64,000 bases of DNA, from positions 26,953-90,952 of the forward strand of contig CAVDSY010000022.1 in the NCBI GenBank assembly GCA_963611815.1, in the 5' to 3' direction. A program made the translations under genes and the position numbers. Source of the stretch: a bacterium (GTDB lineage Bacteria > Bacillota_I > Bacilli_A > RFN20 > CAG-826). Positions 16,255-27,051 of this stretch are shown here, piece after piece; position 1 is the stretch's first letter, and every line of letters starts with the position of its first letter. A model generated the notes under the pieces. It saw nothing but the letters and a program-made list of their open reading frames with translations. It searched no databases and was not told where the DNA came from.

Positions 16255-19200
16255 ATGGACCGGAATGAACTGTTAGAGAAAATATACGCCTCGGATATCA
16301 TCTCCCCCCTTCTGAATAAAAAGGGGTCTTTCGTCATTGATGAAACCATCGGTGTCGGACTGGTTTTTGCGGCGATTTTCAATAAAAAGCCTGCAAATTA
16401 CGCTCTCATCTGTTCAAACCAGTACAGTGCTCAAAAGCTGTATGAGTTTCTTTTGAACTTCGTCCCAGAGGAACAACTCGTCTTTTTTCCTAGCGATGAG
16501 CTGCTGAGGGCGGAAGCTCTCGCCTCTTCTCGCGAGCTTCTTTCCCAAAGGCTTTATGCGCTTGGGCAGCTTGAGAAAGCGGGAAAGAAGATCCTCGTTA
16601 CACACCCCTCTGCTTTGCTTCGTTATCTCCCCTCTCCCTCCAGATTCAAAGAGGAGACTCTCGATTTCAGAGTCGGCGATTCATATGATTTGCCAAGCCT
16701 GAAAGAAAAACTCATCAATATTGGCTATCAGGCAACTTCTCACGTCGAGAAGAGTCTGCAATTCGCCTCACGCGGCGACATCCTCGACATTTATTCGGTC
16801 TCTTATTTGGATCCTATCCGCCTTGAATTTTTTGGGGACGAGATTGAGTCCATCAGATTTTTTAATCCCCGCTCGCAGGAGTCTAACCAAAAGGTGGATG
16901 AAGTTAGCGTGCTTCCAGCGACCGACCTCTTTTTGAATGAAGGTGAACTGACCTCTTTCGCCGAGCGAGGCAACGAGCGGATGCAGAAAGACATTCTCCT
17001 TTTAAAGCCGGAGTCCGCAATACAATTGCAGCAAAATTTCCCGTTGGTGCTGGAGAATTTCATCAGCAAAAACTATCGCAACGAGCTTTATCGTTACTAT
17101 GGTTTTGCTTTAAACGAAGCCTATTCCGTCCTTGATTATTTCGAACCAGACATTGTTTTCGTGGGGAATAGAGAAAACTTTCAAAAAGCCGCTGGACAGC
17201 TGTATCAGGAGTCGTCTGATTTTTTAAGCGAGTCCTTTGTGAAGGGCTTGAACCTTTCTCGCCTCAGCCAGTACATGCCCCTTAATGAGGCGATTAGGAA
17301 CAAACGCAAAGTGGTTTACGGTACCTCCTTTGCTTCTTCAAGCGAAACCGTCGAATTTCTTGTTCACCCCATCAACGTTCCTTCTCGCAACCTCGCTTAT
17401 ACCATCCCCCTCATACAAAACTACCTGGATGGAAACGACGTTGTCCTGATCTCGCTCCCTGACCCACACCAAAAAACGACGGTCATCTCCTTTTTGAAGG
17501 ACGCCGGAATCGATTATGAGGAGACGGATGGCTTCTCTTTCCCCGTGAAGGCAAAGATCGGCGTTACTTCTCAGGCTATCGCCGAAGGCTTTGAGATACC
17601 TTCGTTGAAGATTGCCTGTTTGACGAGCGCTGAACTTTTTGGTCACCGATCTATCAACACAAAATTCACCGCAAGATTTAAAAATTCCCAGGTTTTGCGG
17701 AGTTATGAAGACTTGAGGCCGGGTGATTATGTCGTTCATGAATACAATGGCATCGGGCAATTTCTGGATGTGAAGACGATTCGGGTCGATGGCATCCATC
17801 GAGATTTTCTCCATATTGCCTATGCTGGAAACGAATCTCTTTATGTGCCTTTAGAGCAATTCCGCTTGGTGAGGAAATACGCAGGCCGGGAAGGAGCCTC
17901 GCCTAAACTCAGTCGCCTTTCGAGTGGCGAATGGAAAAAGCAGAAAGGCAAAATCCAAGAAAAAATCAACAAACTTGCCGAACGTTTGATAACCCTTTAT
18001 GGGGCTAGGGCGAAATTGCGCGGATATGGTTTCCCTGAAGACGATGATTTGCAAAGGCAATTCGAGAACGAGTTTTCCTATGAGCTCACTTCCGATCAGC
18101 AAAAGGTGGTGGATGAGATCAAAGGCGATATGGAGTCTCCCGAAATAATGGATAGGCTTGTCTGCGGGGATGTGGGCTTTGGCAAAACAGAAATCGCTTT
18201 CCGCGCGGCTTTTAAAGCAATCGACGCTGGCAAGCAGGTCGCCATGCTTGTTCCTACGACGCTTTTGGCAAGGCAGCATTTTGAAGTTGCCCAGAGCCGT
18301 TTTGCTTCCTTCGGAGTCAGGCTTGGCCTTTTGTCTCGACTTGTTCCCCTTTCCGATCAAAAGAAGACCATTCAAGGACTTGCCGACGGCAGCGTTGACT
18401 TCGTCATCGGAACCCATCGCCTGCTTTCCAAATCCATCGTGTATAAAGATCTTGGCTTGCTTATCGTTGACGAGGAGCAAAGATTTGGGGTTGAGCAGAA
18501 AGAGAAAATCAAGGAACTGAAAAAAGACGTGGACGTCCTTACTTTGTCCGCTACGCCCATACCCCGCACTTTGCAGATGTCGCTCGTTGGGATTAGGCCT
18601 ATTTCCGAAATTAACACGGCCCCGCCCGGACGCATGCCCATCCAAACCTATGTCACTCCGTTCAAAGAAGCGGTGGCGGACGAGCTCATAGAGAGGGAAC
18701 TTGCCCGCGGTGGCCAAGTTTTCTATGTCCATAACAACGTCGAGACCATCTACAACGTCGCGACAAAGATGGGAAATCGAATCAGGGAAGCCAAAATCGG
18801 CGTGGTTCATGGGCAGATGGACCGCCTTGAGTCGGAAGATGTCATGACGCAGTTTTACGATGGCAAGATTAACGTGCTCGTTTGCACCTCAATCGTCGAA
18901 AACGGCATTGACGTCCCTAACGCCAACATGATTATCGTCGAAGACGCCGACCGTTTCGGCTTGGCTCAGCTTTATCAAATCAAGGGCCGCGTTGGCCGAG
19001 GGAACCGCATCGCTTACGCTTACTTGATGTACAAGCCATCGAAGAGCATGAATGAGGAGGCCTCTAAGCGCCTCAAGGCCATTCAGGAATTCACTGAGCT
19101 TGGCAGCGGATACAAAATTGCCCAAAGGGATCTTATGATCCGCGGGGCCGGAGACATCCTTGGCCCTGAACAGGCTGGCTTTATAGATTCCGTTGGCCTC

Positions 19201-19734
19201 GACCTTTACCTCAAGATGCTCAATGAGGCGGTCGAAGAGAAAACGAAGGGGATTAAGCCCAAGGAAAGGACCTCGAGGAAGCTCTTCAACATCGATGCCT
19301 ACATCCCAAAGGAATACGCCGATAACGCCGATAAGCTCGAGCTTTATCAAGAGCTAGACGACATAGAGACAAAGGCGGCGCTTGATGAATACTCCGCAAA
19401 AATAAAGGATATTTATGGCAAAATCCCCGCAGAAGTCGCCTTACTTATACAAAAGAAGCGGATTGACATCATGCTTAATGGCTCAGAATTCGAATCGATT
19501 GAGGAGAATGAAAAGACCATCGATCTCTTCTTGTCGGACCTCTTCTCCTCGAAGGATGGAATGGGGTATGAACTGTTCAATTCGCTAAGCGGCTATCTTG
19601 AGATTTTTCGGATGTCGTATCTCCAAAAGAAGTTGCGGCTCATTTTAACTAAGCGAGGGAAGTGGCTGGATGACTTGGAACAAATAATGACAATCATCCA
19701 TCAATTGGCTTTGAAACATGGTTTGTCCAACTAA
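16255..19734 (+). CDS. mfd: Transcription-repair coupling factor
   Basis: 1159 aa. Contains a CarD-like domain and SF2 helicase motifs (GDVGFGKTE, DEEQRFG, SATPIPRT). Confidence 0.95.
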   Translation: MDRNELLEKIYASDIISPLLNKKGSFVIDETIGVGLVFAAIFNKKPANYALICSNQYSAQKLYEFLLNFVPEEQLVFFPSDELLRAEALASSRELLSQRLYALGQLEKAGKKILVTHPSALLRYLPSPSRFKEETLDFRVGDSYDLPSLKEKLINIGYQATSHVEKSLQFASRGDILDIYSVSYLDPIRLEFFGDEIESIRFFNPRSQESNQKVDEVSVLPATDLFLNEGELTSFAERGNERMQKDILLLKPESAIQLQQNFPLVLENFISKNYRNELYRYYGFALNEAYSVLDYFEPDIVFVGNRENFQKAAGQLYQESSDFLSESFVKGLNLSRLSQYMPLNEAIRNKRKVVYGTSFASSSETVEFLVHPINVPSRNLAYTIPLIQNYLDGNDVVLISLPDPHQKTTVISFLKDAGIDYEETDGFSFPVKAKIGVTSQAIAEGFEIPSLKIACLTSAELFGHRSINTKFTARFKNSQVLRSYEDLRPGDYVVHEYNGIGQFLDVKTIRVDGIHRDFLHIAYAGNESLYVPLEQFRLVRKYAGREGASPKLSRLSSGEWKKQKGKIQEKINKLAERLITLYGARAKLRGYGFPEDDDLQRQFENEFSYELTSDQQKVVDEIKGDMESPEIMDRLVCGDVGFGKTEIAFRAAFKAIDAGKQVAMLVPTTLLARQHFEVAQSRFASFGVRLGLLSRLVPLSDQKKTIQGLADGSVDFVIGTHRLLSKSIVYKDLGLLIVDEEQRFGVEQKEKIKELKKDVDVLTLSATPIPRTLQMSLVGIRPISEINTAPPGRMPIQTYVTPFKEAVADELIERELARGGQVFYVHNNVETIYNVATKMGNRIREAKIGVVHGQMDRLESEDVMTQFYDGKINVLVCTSIVENGIDVPNANMIIVEDADRFGLAQLYQIKGRVGRGNRIAYAYLMYKPSKSMNEEASKRLKAIQEFTELGSGYKIAQRDLMIRGAGDILGPEQAGFIDSVGLDLYLKMLNEAVEEKTKGIKPKERTSRKLFNIDAYIPKEYADNADKLELYQELDDIETKAALDEYSAKIKDIYGKIPAEVALLIQKKRIDIMLNGSEFESIEENEKTIDLFLSDLFSSKDGMGYELFNSLSGYLEIFRMSYLQKKLRLILTKRGKWLDDLEQIMTIIHQLALKHGLSN

Positions 19735-19767
19735 TCCCCATAGGGGATTTGTGATAGGATTACGCTC

Positions 19768-20040
19768 ATGAGGATCGACAAGTTCTTGAAAGTATCGCGC
19801 CTTGTCCTTCGCCGGGAGGTCGCTAAGAAACTTTGCGACGACGGCGACGTTATCCTCAATGGCAAAGCCGCTAAGCCTTCAAGCGAAATCTCCCCCGGCG
19901 ACACTTTGGTGCTCTCGCTTGGAAGAAGGAAGATCACCGTGGCGATCAGAGAGATCAGGCCCTTCGCTTCCAAAGCCGACGCCTCTAGCCTTTACGAAAT
20001 CATTTCAGACGAATCGTCAGGAGGTAGCAACAATGCTTGA
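19768..20040 (+). CDS. S4-domain RNA-binding protein (YabO/Hsp15-like)
   Basis: MRIDKFLKVSRLV.RR..AK..CD.G.V.LNGK.AKPS is an S4 fold signature. 90 aa. Confidence 0.75.
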   Translation: MRIDKFLKVSRLVLRREVAKKLCDDGDVILNGKAAKPSSEISPGDTLVLSLGRRKITVAIREIRPFASKADASSLYEIISDESSGGSNNA

Positions 20041-21298
20041 CTTCAAATTCGACCCCAAAGAAAACTACATCGCCGCCGTGAGCTATGGCTCCGACTCCAT
20101 GGCAATGCTCGATATGCTTCAGCAAGAAGGCGTCAAACCGATCGTCGCCGCAATCGACTACCACAAATTCGATTTCTCCAGCGACGATATGGCGAAATTG
20201 AGCGACTATTGCAAAGAGAAGGGCCTGGTTTTCAGGCTGCTCGATACAAATTCTTTGCCGAGCAATGAGCAAATGCACATTGGGGAAACGTTCCATGACT
20301 GGGCCAGGCGGATGCGTTATGACTGGTACAAAAAGCTTTATGACGAATACAACGCGACCGCCCTTCTCCTCGCCCACGTTCAAGACGATCTCATCGAAGC
20401 CTATCTCAAGGCCCTCGACAATAAGAAAAAGGGCGCTTCGGTCAGCTACAGCAAAGTCAGCACGCTGAACGGGATGCTTCTATTGCGCCCGGTGCTCGAT
20501 TACTCCAAGCAAGATCTCCTCGACTATAACCTTGAGCACAACGTACCTTTCAACCCCGGCACCGAGAGCGCTCTTGATAGGACCACCCGCTCCGCCGTGC
20601 GCAAGGACACGGTTTCCAAGATGAATGAGATTGAACGCGAGAACATTCTCAACAAAATGAGGCAAGAGGCCGATGAGACCATCGGGCTCATCAAATCCGT
20701 TGAGACCATCAAAAACGACGGCGAGGAGAGCGGCGAGCTTGAGATCAGGCCGCTTATTGCTCTTGCCAAAGACGATTTTGCCGCCGCTTTGATTAAATTC
20801 GTTCAGAAGGTGCCTTCGCTCATTTTGAAGCCGAAGGATTTCGAAGGCATTCGGGTTTTTTGCTTGGACGCTGCGGCCAATGGCGTTTACCCTCTCAAAA
20901 AAGGGTTCTCTTTGGTTAAGGATTACGATGTTTTGACCCTTGAGAAGAACATCAACGTGGTCAATTACACCTATACGCTGGAGGCACCAGGTACGCTTGA
21001 CGTCAAAGAGTTTTCCCTCGATTTCACTTCCGGGGCGGAAGACAGAGGAATTTCCGTGAGCGATTACCCTCTCACGATTCGCAACGCCTTGCAGTCGGAT
21101 GACGTCAAAATCCACGGTTACGTCGAGCCTGTTCGCAAACTATATTCGCTTTGGAACATGCCTATCGACATGCGAGAGACTTGGCCGGTTTTCATCAACA
21201 AAGACGGCAAAATTGTTTATGTCCCACGTTACCGCAGGAACTTCTCCGAATATCACGTCTCCAAGCTGCAGATGAAGATTTCAAATGACATTAAATAG
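20033..21298 (+). CDS. tilS: tRNA(Ile)-lysidine synthetase (divergent PP-loop ATPase)
   Basis: ATG at 20033 with AGGAGG 8 nt upstream. The PP-loop-like motif AVSYGSDSMAML corresponds to canonical SGGxDS. Conserved position before ftsH. The track's N-terminal extension (19802) overlaps the S4 gene in another frame. Confidence 0.7.
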   Translation: MLDFKFDPKENYIAAVSYGSDSMAMLDMLQQEGVKPIVAAIDYHKFDFSSDDMAKLSDYCKEKGLVFRLLDTNSLPSNEQMHIGETFHDWARRMRYDWYKKLYDEYNATALLLAHVQDDLIEAYLKALDNKKKGASVSYSKVSTLNGMLLLRPVLDYSKQDLLDYNLEHNVPFNPGTESALDRTTRSAVRKDTVSKMNEIERENILNKMRQEADETIGLIKSVETIKNDGEESGELEIRPLIALAKDDFAAALIKFVQKVPSLILKPKDFEGIRVFCLDAAANGVYPLKKGFSLVKDYDVLTLEKNINVVNYTYTLEAPGTLDVKEFSLDFTSGAEDRGISVSDYPLTIRNALQSDDVKIHGYVEPVRKLYSLWNMPIDMRETWPVFINKDGKIVYVPRYRRNFSEYHVSKLQMKISNDIK

Positions 21299-21360
21299 CT
21301 AATTTTCTTGCATAAAAGAGAAATTGCTTTAAATTACACACGCTCCAGTTCGCACGCATG

Positions 21361-21380
21361 CTTCCTGATTAATCAGGAAG
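21361..21380. promoter_or_regulatory. Perfect 20-bp palindrome in the ftsH leader
   Basis: CTTCCTGATT|AATCAGGAAG. It ends 3 nt before the SD (GAAAGGA) of ftsH. Confidence 0.4.
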
Positions 21381-21395
21381 AGAAAGGATAAATCT

Positions 21396-23504
21396 ATGAA
21401 CGACGGAAACTCCCCACGCAAGAGAAGCGTACTCTCATACTTGCTGCCTTATGTCCTGATTGCCGCCACCATCGGCGTTTTCGTTTATTTAATCGTCTCT
21501 CGCCTTTCCACCGGCGGGGAGTCGTGGGCGGCGTCTGACATCGACACTTATGTCAATTACGTTGAGCTGAACGACACCAAAACCGAATACAAACCCTATG
21601 ATGCCGAGGCTTATAAAGCCGCTAAGAAAAAGGTCATCGCCGTCAATGTTTCGCAAAACTATCGCGCCGTGACGATCAATGGCTCTTACATCAATGATTC
21701 CAACAACGTCATCAAATTCAGCGCGCTCGTTGGTCAAAGCGAATGGGAGCAGGCCTTCGAGATTTCCGGCGCCAAGCACGCCTCCTATCAAGAGCTCTTC
21801 CGTTCGGTCATCGAACAGGCGAAAACCTATTGCACCGAAAACAACCTCAAAGCCAGCCCGGCGATGACTGTTTCCGATGCTTTCCAAGTATCTTGGTGGG
21901 ACACCTGGGGCCCGACCATCATTTCTACGGGGATCGTTCTGCTTCTTGGCATCTTCCTTTTCTGGAGGCTCAACTCCTCTGTCAATGGCGCCAACGGGCA
22001 AGTCATGTCCTTCAACAAATCACCTGCGAGAAGGGCCGACACCTCGAAAGTTCGCTTCGCCGACGTCGCCGGATGCGATGCTGAAAAAGCGGAGATGGTG
22101 GAGCTCGTCGCCTATTTGAAAGACCCGAAGAAATATTCCCAATTCGGAGCGCGCTTGCCCAAAGGCGTTCTCCTCATCGGCCCGCCTGGTACTGGTAAAA
22201 CCTTGCTCGCCAAGGCCGTTGCCGGAGAAGCCGGCGTACCCTTCTATTCGATATCCGGCTCCGACTTCGTTGAAATGTATGTCGGCGTCGGCGCGGGACG
22301 CGTCCGCGATCTCTTCAAAAAAGCCAAACAAAGCGCTCCCTGCCTCATCTTCATCGACGAAATCGATGCGGTCGGCCGCCAAAGAGGTGCTGGCTTAGGC
22401 GGAGGCAACGATGAGCGTGAGCAGACCTTGAACCAGCTCCTTGTTGAGATGGATGGCTTCGAGGCGAACTCCGGGATCTTGGTCATCGCCGCCACCAACC
22501 GCGACGACATTCTCGACCCCGCGCTCCGCCGCGCTGGGCGTTTCGACCGGACCATCACCGTCTCTCTTCCTGATGCCGCCGGTCGCGAGGCGATCCTCAA
22601 GGTCCACGCCAGAAACAAGAAAATCAATCCGAGCGTCGATTTCAAAGCCCTCGCTAAGCGCACCGTCGGCTTCTCTGGCGCCGATCTCGACAACGTTCTC
22701 AACGAAGCCGCGATCCTCGCCGTTAGGGAAGGCAAATCCGACATCGGGATGCCTGAGATCGATGAGGCAATCGACCGCCGCATCTCCGGGCCGGCCAAGA
22801 ATTCCAAAGGGCTATCCGCTCACGAAAGGGAAGAAGTGGCTTATCACGAAGCTGGTCACGCCGTCATCGGCATCAACCTCCCCTATAGCGACAAAGTCCA
22901 GAAAATCACCATCATTCCGCGCGGGAACACCGGTGGCCACGTCTTGATGACGCCGGAAGACGATCGCTTCCTGCTCACCAAGAACGAGATGATCGCCCGT
23001 ATCGTCGGCCTTCTCGGCGGGCGCGCTTCCGAGGAGATTTTCTTCGGCGATGTGACTACCGGCGCGAGCAACGATATCCAAGAGGCTACCCGCCTTGCCC
23101 GCTCGATGGTTACTGAGTATGGCATGTCCGATCTTGGCCCCATCCAGTATGAAAGGGACACCGGTTCTGTCTTCCTCGGCAGAGACTATGCCTCCACCCA
23201 GAAAAATTTCTCCACCCAGGTGGCGTATGAGATCGATAAAGCGGTTCGCGAGATCATCGAGAACGCCTACAAACAAGCCCATAACCTCTTGATCGAGCAT
23301 AAAGACGAGGTGATATTGATCGCCAAGACGCTGCTTGACAAAGAGACCATCACCGCGGAAGAGATCGATGGATTGATCCACCCGAAGAAAGATGTGGTTT
23401 CCGAGGTGAAGGCGGATGAATCGCCCGCCATAGAGGCGGAAAGCAAAGATGACAAAGCGGAGAGCAAAGCCCCCGCTGAGGACGCCTCTAAAAAAGACGA
23501 ATAA
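21396..23504 (+). CDS. ftsH: ATP-dependent zinc metalloprotease FtsH
   Basis: Two TM segments, Walker [12 protein letters not shown], Zn motif HEAGHA. Confidence 0.96.
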   Translation: MNDGNSPRKRSVLSYLLPYVLIAATIGVFVYLIVSRLSTGGESWAASDIDTYVNYVELNDTKTEYKPYDAEAYKAAKKKVIAVNVSQNYRAVTINGSYINDSNNVIKFSALVGQSEWEQAFEISGAKHASYQELFRSVIEQAKTYCTENNLKASPAMTVSDAFQVSWWDTWGPTIISTGIVLLLGIFLFWRLNSSVNGANGQVMSFNKSPARRADTSKVRFADVAGCDAEKAEMVELVAYLKDPKKYSQFGARLPKGVLLIGPPGTGKTLLAKAVAGEAGVPFYSISGSDFVEMYVGVGAGRVRDLFKKAKQSAPCLIFIDEIDAVGRQRGAGLGGGNDEREQTLNQLLVEMDGFEANSGILVIAATNRDDILDPALRRAGRFDRTITVSLPDAAGREAILKVHARNKKINPSVDFKALAKRTVGFSGADLDNVLNEAAILAVREGKSDIGMPEIDEAIDRRISGPAKNSKGLSAHEREEVAYHEAGHAVIGINLPYSDKVQKITIIPRGNTGGHVLMTPEDDRFLLTKNEMIARIVGLLGGRASEEIFFGDVTTGASNDIQEATRLARSMVTEYGMSDLGPIQYERDTGSVFLGRDYASTQKNFSTQVAYEIDKAVREIIENAYKQAHNLLIEHKDEVILIAKTLLDKETITAEEIDGLIHPKKDVVSEVKADESPAIEAESKDDKAESKAPAEDASKKDE

Positions 23505-23512
23505 CGAAACTT

Positions 23513-23546
23513 AGCGCCTAAGCCTCCGGCTGGGCGCTTTTCGTTT
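23513..23546 (+). terminator. Rho-independent terminator after ftsH
   Basis: AGCGCC (23513-23518) pairs with GGCGCT (23533-23538), followed by TTTTCGTTT. Confidence 0.5.
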
Positions 23547-23631
23547 GCCTGAATGTCGGATTTTGATTTATTAAACAAAGGAGATTCAATACAATCGTCA
23601 CGGAAAACGTGATTACTTTGTTTGCTGCGCT

Positions 23632-24606
23632 ATGAAAATTGGGAACGTCGAAATCAAAGGCCATGTGGTGCTTGGGCCGATGGCGGGGATAACCACCCTC
23701 GCCTATCGCGAATTCATGAAACCCTTTGGGGTTGGGCTTTCCTACAGCGAGATGGTCTCCGATTGCGGGCTTGATTACAAAAACAAACGGACTTACGAGT
23801 ACCTGTTGACCTCCAAGGAAGATAGGCCTGTCGGCATTCAGCTTTTCGGGTTCTCCCTTGAGCATACGATACCGGCGATCAAGATATGCGAGGAGCATTG
23901 CGATTACGACATCCTCGACATCAATCTTGGCTGCCCCGTCACGAAAGTGGTGAAAACCGGAGCGGGATCGGCTTGGCTGAAGGATCCCGACGCCTTATAT
24001 CTATATATAAAAGGGGTGGTGGAAGCATCATCGAAACCAGTAACCGCGAAAATACGCTTAGGATGGGACGAGAAGTCAATCAATGTCTTCGAAGTGGCCA
24101 AAAAACTTCAGGAAGCGGGAATCGCCGGATTGACCGTCCATTCGCGCACGCGCTCGCAAGGCTATTCCGGTTTCGCCGATCATTCCATCATCGCGGGGCT
24201 TAAGGAAACTTTATCCATCCCCCTCATCGTCTCCGGAGACATTTTCACGCCGGAGGATGCGAAAAAAGCGATTGATACAACTCGCGCCGATGCTGTCATG
24301 GTGGCTAGGGGCAGCGTTGGGCACCCTTTTCTTGTGAGCCAGATAAACCATTATCTTGATACCGGAGAGCGGCTTCCTGATCCAACGCCAGTCGAACAGG
24401 CTCGTTACGCCCTAGATTTCGCTTCGCGCCTCATCGCCTTGAAAGGCGAAAGCGTCGCGGTGCGCGAACTGCGTGGTATCTTGCCGCATTTTTTCTCAGG
24501 TTACCCTGGGTATAAAAAACTGCGCGGAGAGATTGCGCTGAACATAAAAACAGCTCGCGATGTCGAACTACTTTTGAATGGCGTTATCGCTAGAGGCGCT
24601 TGCTAA
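23632..24606 (+). CDS. dus: tRNA-dihydrouridine synthase
   Basis: LGPMAGIT..A.R, NLGCP catalytic Cys motif, TVHSRTR. Confidence 0.9.
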   Translation: MKIGNVEIKGHVVLGPMAGITTLAYREFMKPFGVGLSYSEMVSDCGLDYKNKRTYEYLLTSKEDRPVGIQLFGFSLEHTIPAIKICEEHCDYDILDINLGCPVTKVVKTGAGSAWLKDPDALYLYIKGVVEASSKPVTAKIRLGWDEKSINVFEVAKKLQEAGIAGLTVHSRTRSQGYSGFADHSIIAGLKETLSIPLIVSGDIFTPEDAKKAIDTTRADAVMVARGSVGHPFLVSQINHYLDTGERLPDPTPVEQARYALDFASRLIALKGESVAVRELRGILPHFFSGYPGYKKLRGEIALNIKTARDVELLLNGVIARGAC

Positions 24607-24683
24607 AAGAAAAAACGTTTAAAAATTAAAAACATCGCGCTGCGACAATTCTTTTTCGTTTCAAAAAAAGCCCGATTTGTCCC

Positions 24684-24716
24684 TTGACATAGTTCCAAAA
24701 TTAACCAAAATAGTTC
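24684..24716 (+). promoter_or_regulatory. Candidate promoter and operator of the MarR-ABC operon
   Basis: TTGACA at 24684-24689. Direct repeat ATAGTTC at 24689-24695 and 24710-24716 (21-bp phasing). Weak -10 cAAAAT at 24706-24711. Confidence 0.35.
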
Positions 24717-24736
24717 ACGTTTTTTTGGAGGGTGTT

Positions 24737-25192
24737 ATGAAAAAAGAAACCGTACTTAAAACGATCCAGGAACTATATGCTGCCTATCGTTATTTGTTCC
24801 GGCTCAAATATGAGGAGTCTATCTCCAAGGACGTCACTCAGGTAGAAAGCCGGTTCATCGGCTTCATCGCCGATCGCCAAGAAGAGGGGTCGAGCGTGAT
24901 TTCCAAGGATCTCGTTCTAGCTTTCGGCGTTGGGAAGCCCGTTGTGTCAGAAAACATGCGTTCGCTTGTGAAAAAAGGATATGTCCAGTTCGTGACCGAT
25001 CAGGTCGATAGAAGGAGGAAAACGATTGTTTTGACGGAGAAAGGCATGGAGTACCATCGCCGCGTCGCTCCGGTCCTTGATGCCTTCGCCTCGTCTTTCG
25101 AAGACGTTCTTGGAAAAGAAGAGATGAAACAATGGACCGCTAGCAGCGCTAAATTGCTGGCCGCAATGAAAGAAAGGGGGAAGAGCAAATGA
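24737..25192 (+). CDS. MarR-family transcriptional regulator
   Basis: Winged-helix region ..ISKDLVLAFGVGKPVVSENMRSLVKKGYV....D.VDRRRK.I.LTEKG. ATG at 24737 with GGAGGG upstream. ATGA overlap with the following ABC gene. Confidence 0.8.
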   Translation: MKKETVLKTIQELYAAYRYLFRLKYEESISKDVTQVESRFIGFIADRQEEGSSVISKDLVLAFGVGKPVVSENMRSLVKKGYVQFVTDQVDRRRKTIVLTEKGMEYHRRVAPVLDAFASSFEDVLGKEEMKQWTASSAKLLAAMKERGKSK

Positions 25193-27051
25193 AGAAAAAC
25201 GAATTCGCCGGACATGAAAAAGCGATTGCCGAAGCCGAAGCTAGAAACGACGCGGCAATCCAAAGAAGCAAAAACCTGCACATCTACCGTTCCCTGGCCA
25301 AATACATGAACGGTTTTTGGCTTGACGTCGTCCTCGCCTGGATTTTCGTTGCCCTCGAGGTCGTCTGCGAGGTCCTCGTGCCGTTCTTCTCTCAGAACCT
25401 CGTCGATTCGCTTAGCGTCAACAGCGTCGAAGCAGTGGAGATGGGGGAGATTTGGAAGTATTCCCTCATCATGATGGGCATGGCCGTCGCGAGCTGCGCC
25501 TTTGGCATTTTGGCCGGCATCGTCGCCGCCAAAGCGGCTGCTGGGTTTGGAAGGAACCTCCGTAAGGCGATGTATTATCACATCCAAGATTATTCCTTCT
25601 CGAACATCGATAAGTTCTCGACCGCCTCTTTGGTCACTCGTTTGACCACCGACGTCACCAACGTCCAATTCTCCGTTCAGATGATCCTCCGCATGGTGGT
25701 CCGCGCGCCGATGATGATGATCGTCGCCTTCGTCATGGCTTGCTTCAAATCCTGGCAGCTATCGATGGTCATCCTCGTGATCCTGCCTTTCCTCGGCGCT
25801 GTGCTCTTCTCCATCTCCAACGTCGTTCACCCGGTCTTCGTCCGCGTCTTCAACGCTTATGACGACCTGAACGCCGAGGTGCAGGAGAACCTCAATGGCA
25901 TCCGCGTCGTCAAATCCTTTGGGAGAGAGGCTTTCGAAGGAGAGAAATTCGGCGCAATCTCGTATTTTATCTACCGCAATTTCATCAAAGCCGAGAAAAT
26001 GCTCGCTTTTAACAACCCGGCGATGCAGATCGCGATTTACGCGGCGATGCTGCTCGTCTCTTGGTTCGGCGCGCAGCTGATCGTCAAATCTGGCAACAGC
26101 GCTGCGAATGGTGGCTTCACCACAGGCGCGCTCACCTCTTTGCTTTCCTACATCATGATGATTCTCAACGGACTCATGATGGTTTCGATGAGCTTCGTCA
26201 TGGTCACCATCTCCAAGAACTCCGCCGAGCGCATCACCGAAGTCATTATCGAAGAGCCGAGCATCGTCTCCCCGAAAAACGCCGTCAAAGACGTCAAAGA
26301 CGGATCGGTCGATTTCTGCCATGTCAGCTTCCGTTATAGCGCCACGGCGGAAAAAGACACACTGCATGACATCGATTTGCATATCCCAAGCGGCTCGACG
26401 GTCGGAATCATCGGCGTCACTGGCAGCGCCAAATCCACCCTCATCTCCCTTATCGCCCGCCTATATGACGCCAGCGAAGGCGAGGTCAAGGTCGGTGGAG
26501 TCAACGTCAAAGATTACGATCTTGTTTCCCTTCGCGACGCCGTCTCCGTCGTCTTGCAGAAGAACGTCCTCTTCTCCGGCACCATCAAGAGCAACCTTCT
26601 TTGGGGCAATGAAAACGCCACTGATGAGCAGATTGAGAAAGCCGCTCATTTAGCCTGCGCCGATGAGTTCATATCCACCTTCCCTCTTGGCTACGATAGT
26701 CCGATCGACGAAGGAGGCACGAACGTCTCCGGCGGGCAGAAGCAAAGGCTTTGCATCGCGCGCGCCTTGCTCAAAAACCCGAAGATATTGATCCTCGATG
26801 ACTCGACCTCGGCCGTCGATACCCATACCGACTCCGTTATCAGGCAAAGCTTCAAGACCGAAATCCCGGACGTTACCAAATTCATCATCGCCCAGAGGAT
26901 TCTTTCAATCAAAGACTGCGACATCATCCTTTTGATGGACGATGGCAAGATACTTGCCAAAGGCAACAATGACGAGCTGATGAAGAATTCGCCCGTCTAT
27001 CGTGAAATTTATGAAACCCAGATGGGGGGAGGTGACTTCGATGAGCAATAA
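25189..27051 (+). CDS. ABC exporter, fused permease/ATPase (heterodimer subunit 1)
   Basis: Six-TM exporter domain followed by an NBD: Walker A GVTGSAKST, signature VSGGQKQR, Walker B ILILDD. Confidence 0.9.
   Translation: MKKNEFAGHEKAIAEAEARNDAAIQRSKNLHIYRSLAKYMNGFWLDVVLAWIFVALEVVCEVLVPFFSQNLVDSLSVNSVEAVEMGEIWKYSLIMMGMAVASCAFGILAGIVAAKAAAGFGRNLRKAMYYHIQDYSFSNIDKFSTASLVTRLTTDVTNVQFSVQMILRMVVRAPMMMIVAFVMACFKSWQLSMVILVILPFLGAVLFSISNVVHPVFVRVFNAYDDLNAEVQENLNGIRVVKSFGREAFEGEKFGAISYFIYRNFIKAEKMLAFNNPAMQIAIYAAMLLVSWFGAQLIVKSGNSAANGGFTTGALTSLLSYIMMILNGLMMVSMSFVMVTISKNSAERITEVIIEEPSIVSPKNAVKDVKDGSVDFCHVSFRYSATAEKDTLHDIDLHIPSGSTVGIIGVTGSAKSTLISLIARLYDASEGEVKVGGVNVKDYDLVSLRDAVSVVLQKNVLFSGTIKSNLLWGNENATDEQIEKAAHLACADEFISTFPLGYDSPIDEGGTNVSGGQKQRLCIARALLKNPKILILDDSTSAVDTHTDSVIRQSFKTEIPDVTKFIIAQRILSIKDCDIILLMDDGKILAKGNNDELMKNSPVYREIYETQMGGGDFDEQ

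Noticed and set aside
19802-20032. N-terminal 77-codon extension of tilS given in the track
   Set aside because: It overlaps the S4-protein gene in another frame. An ATG with AGGAGG at 20033 gives a TilS-like N-terminus. The same logic was applied to the extended starts of tatD, TetR, MarR, rpsF, PAP2, GH13, pyk, pfkA and polA.
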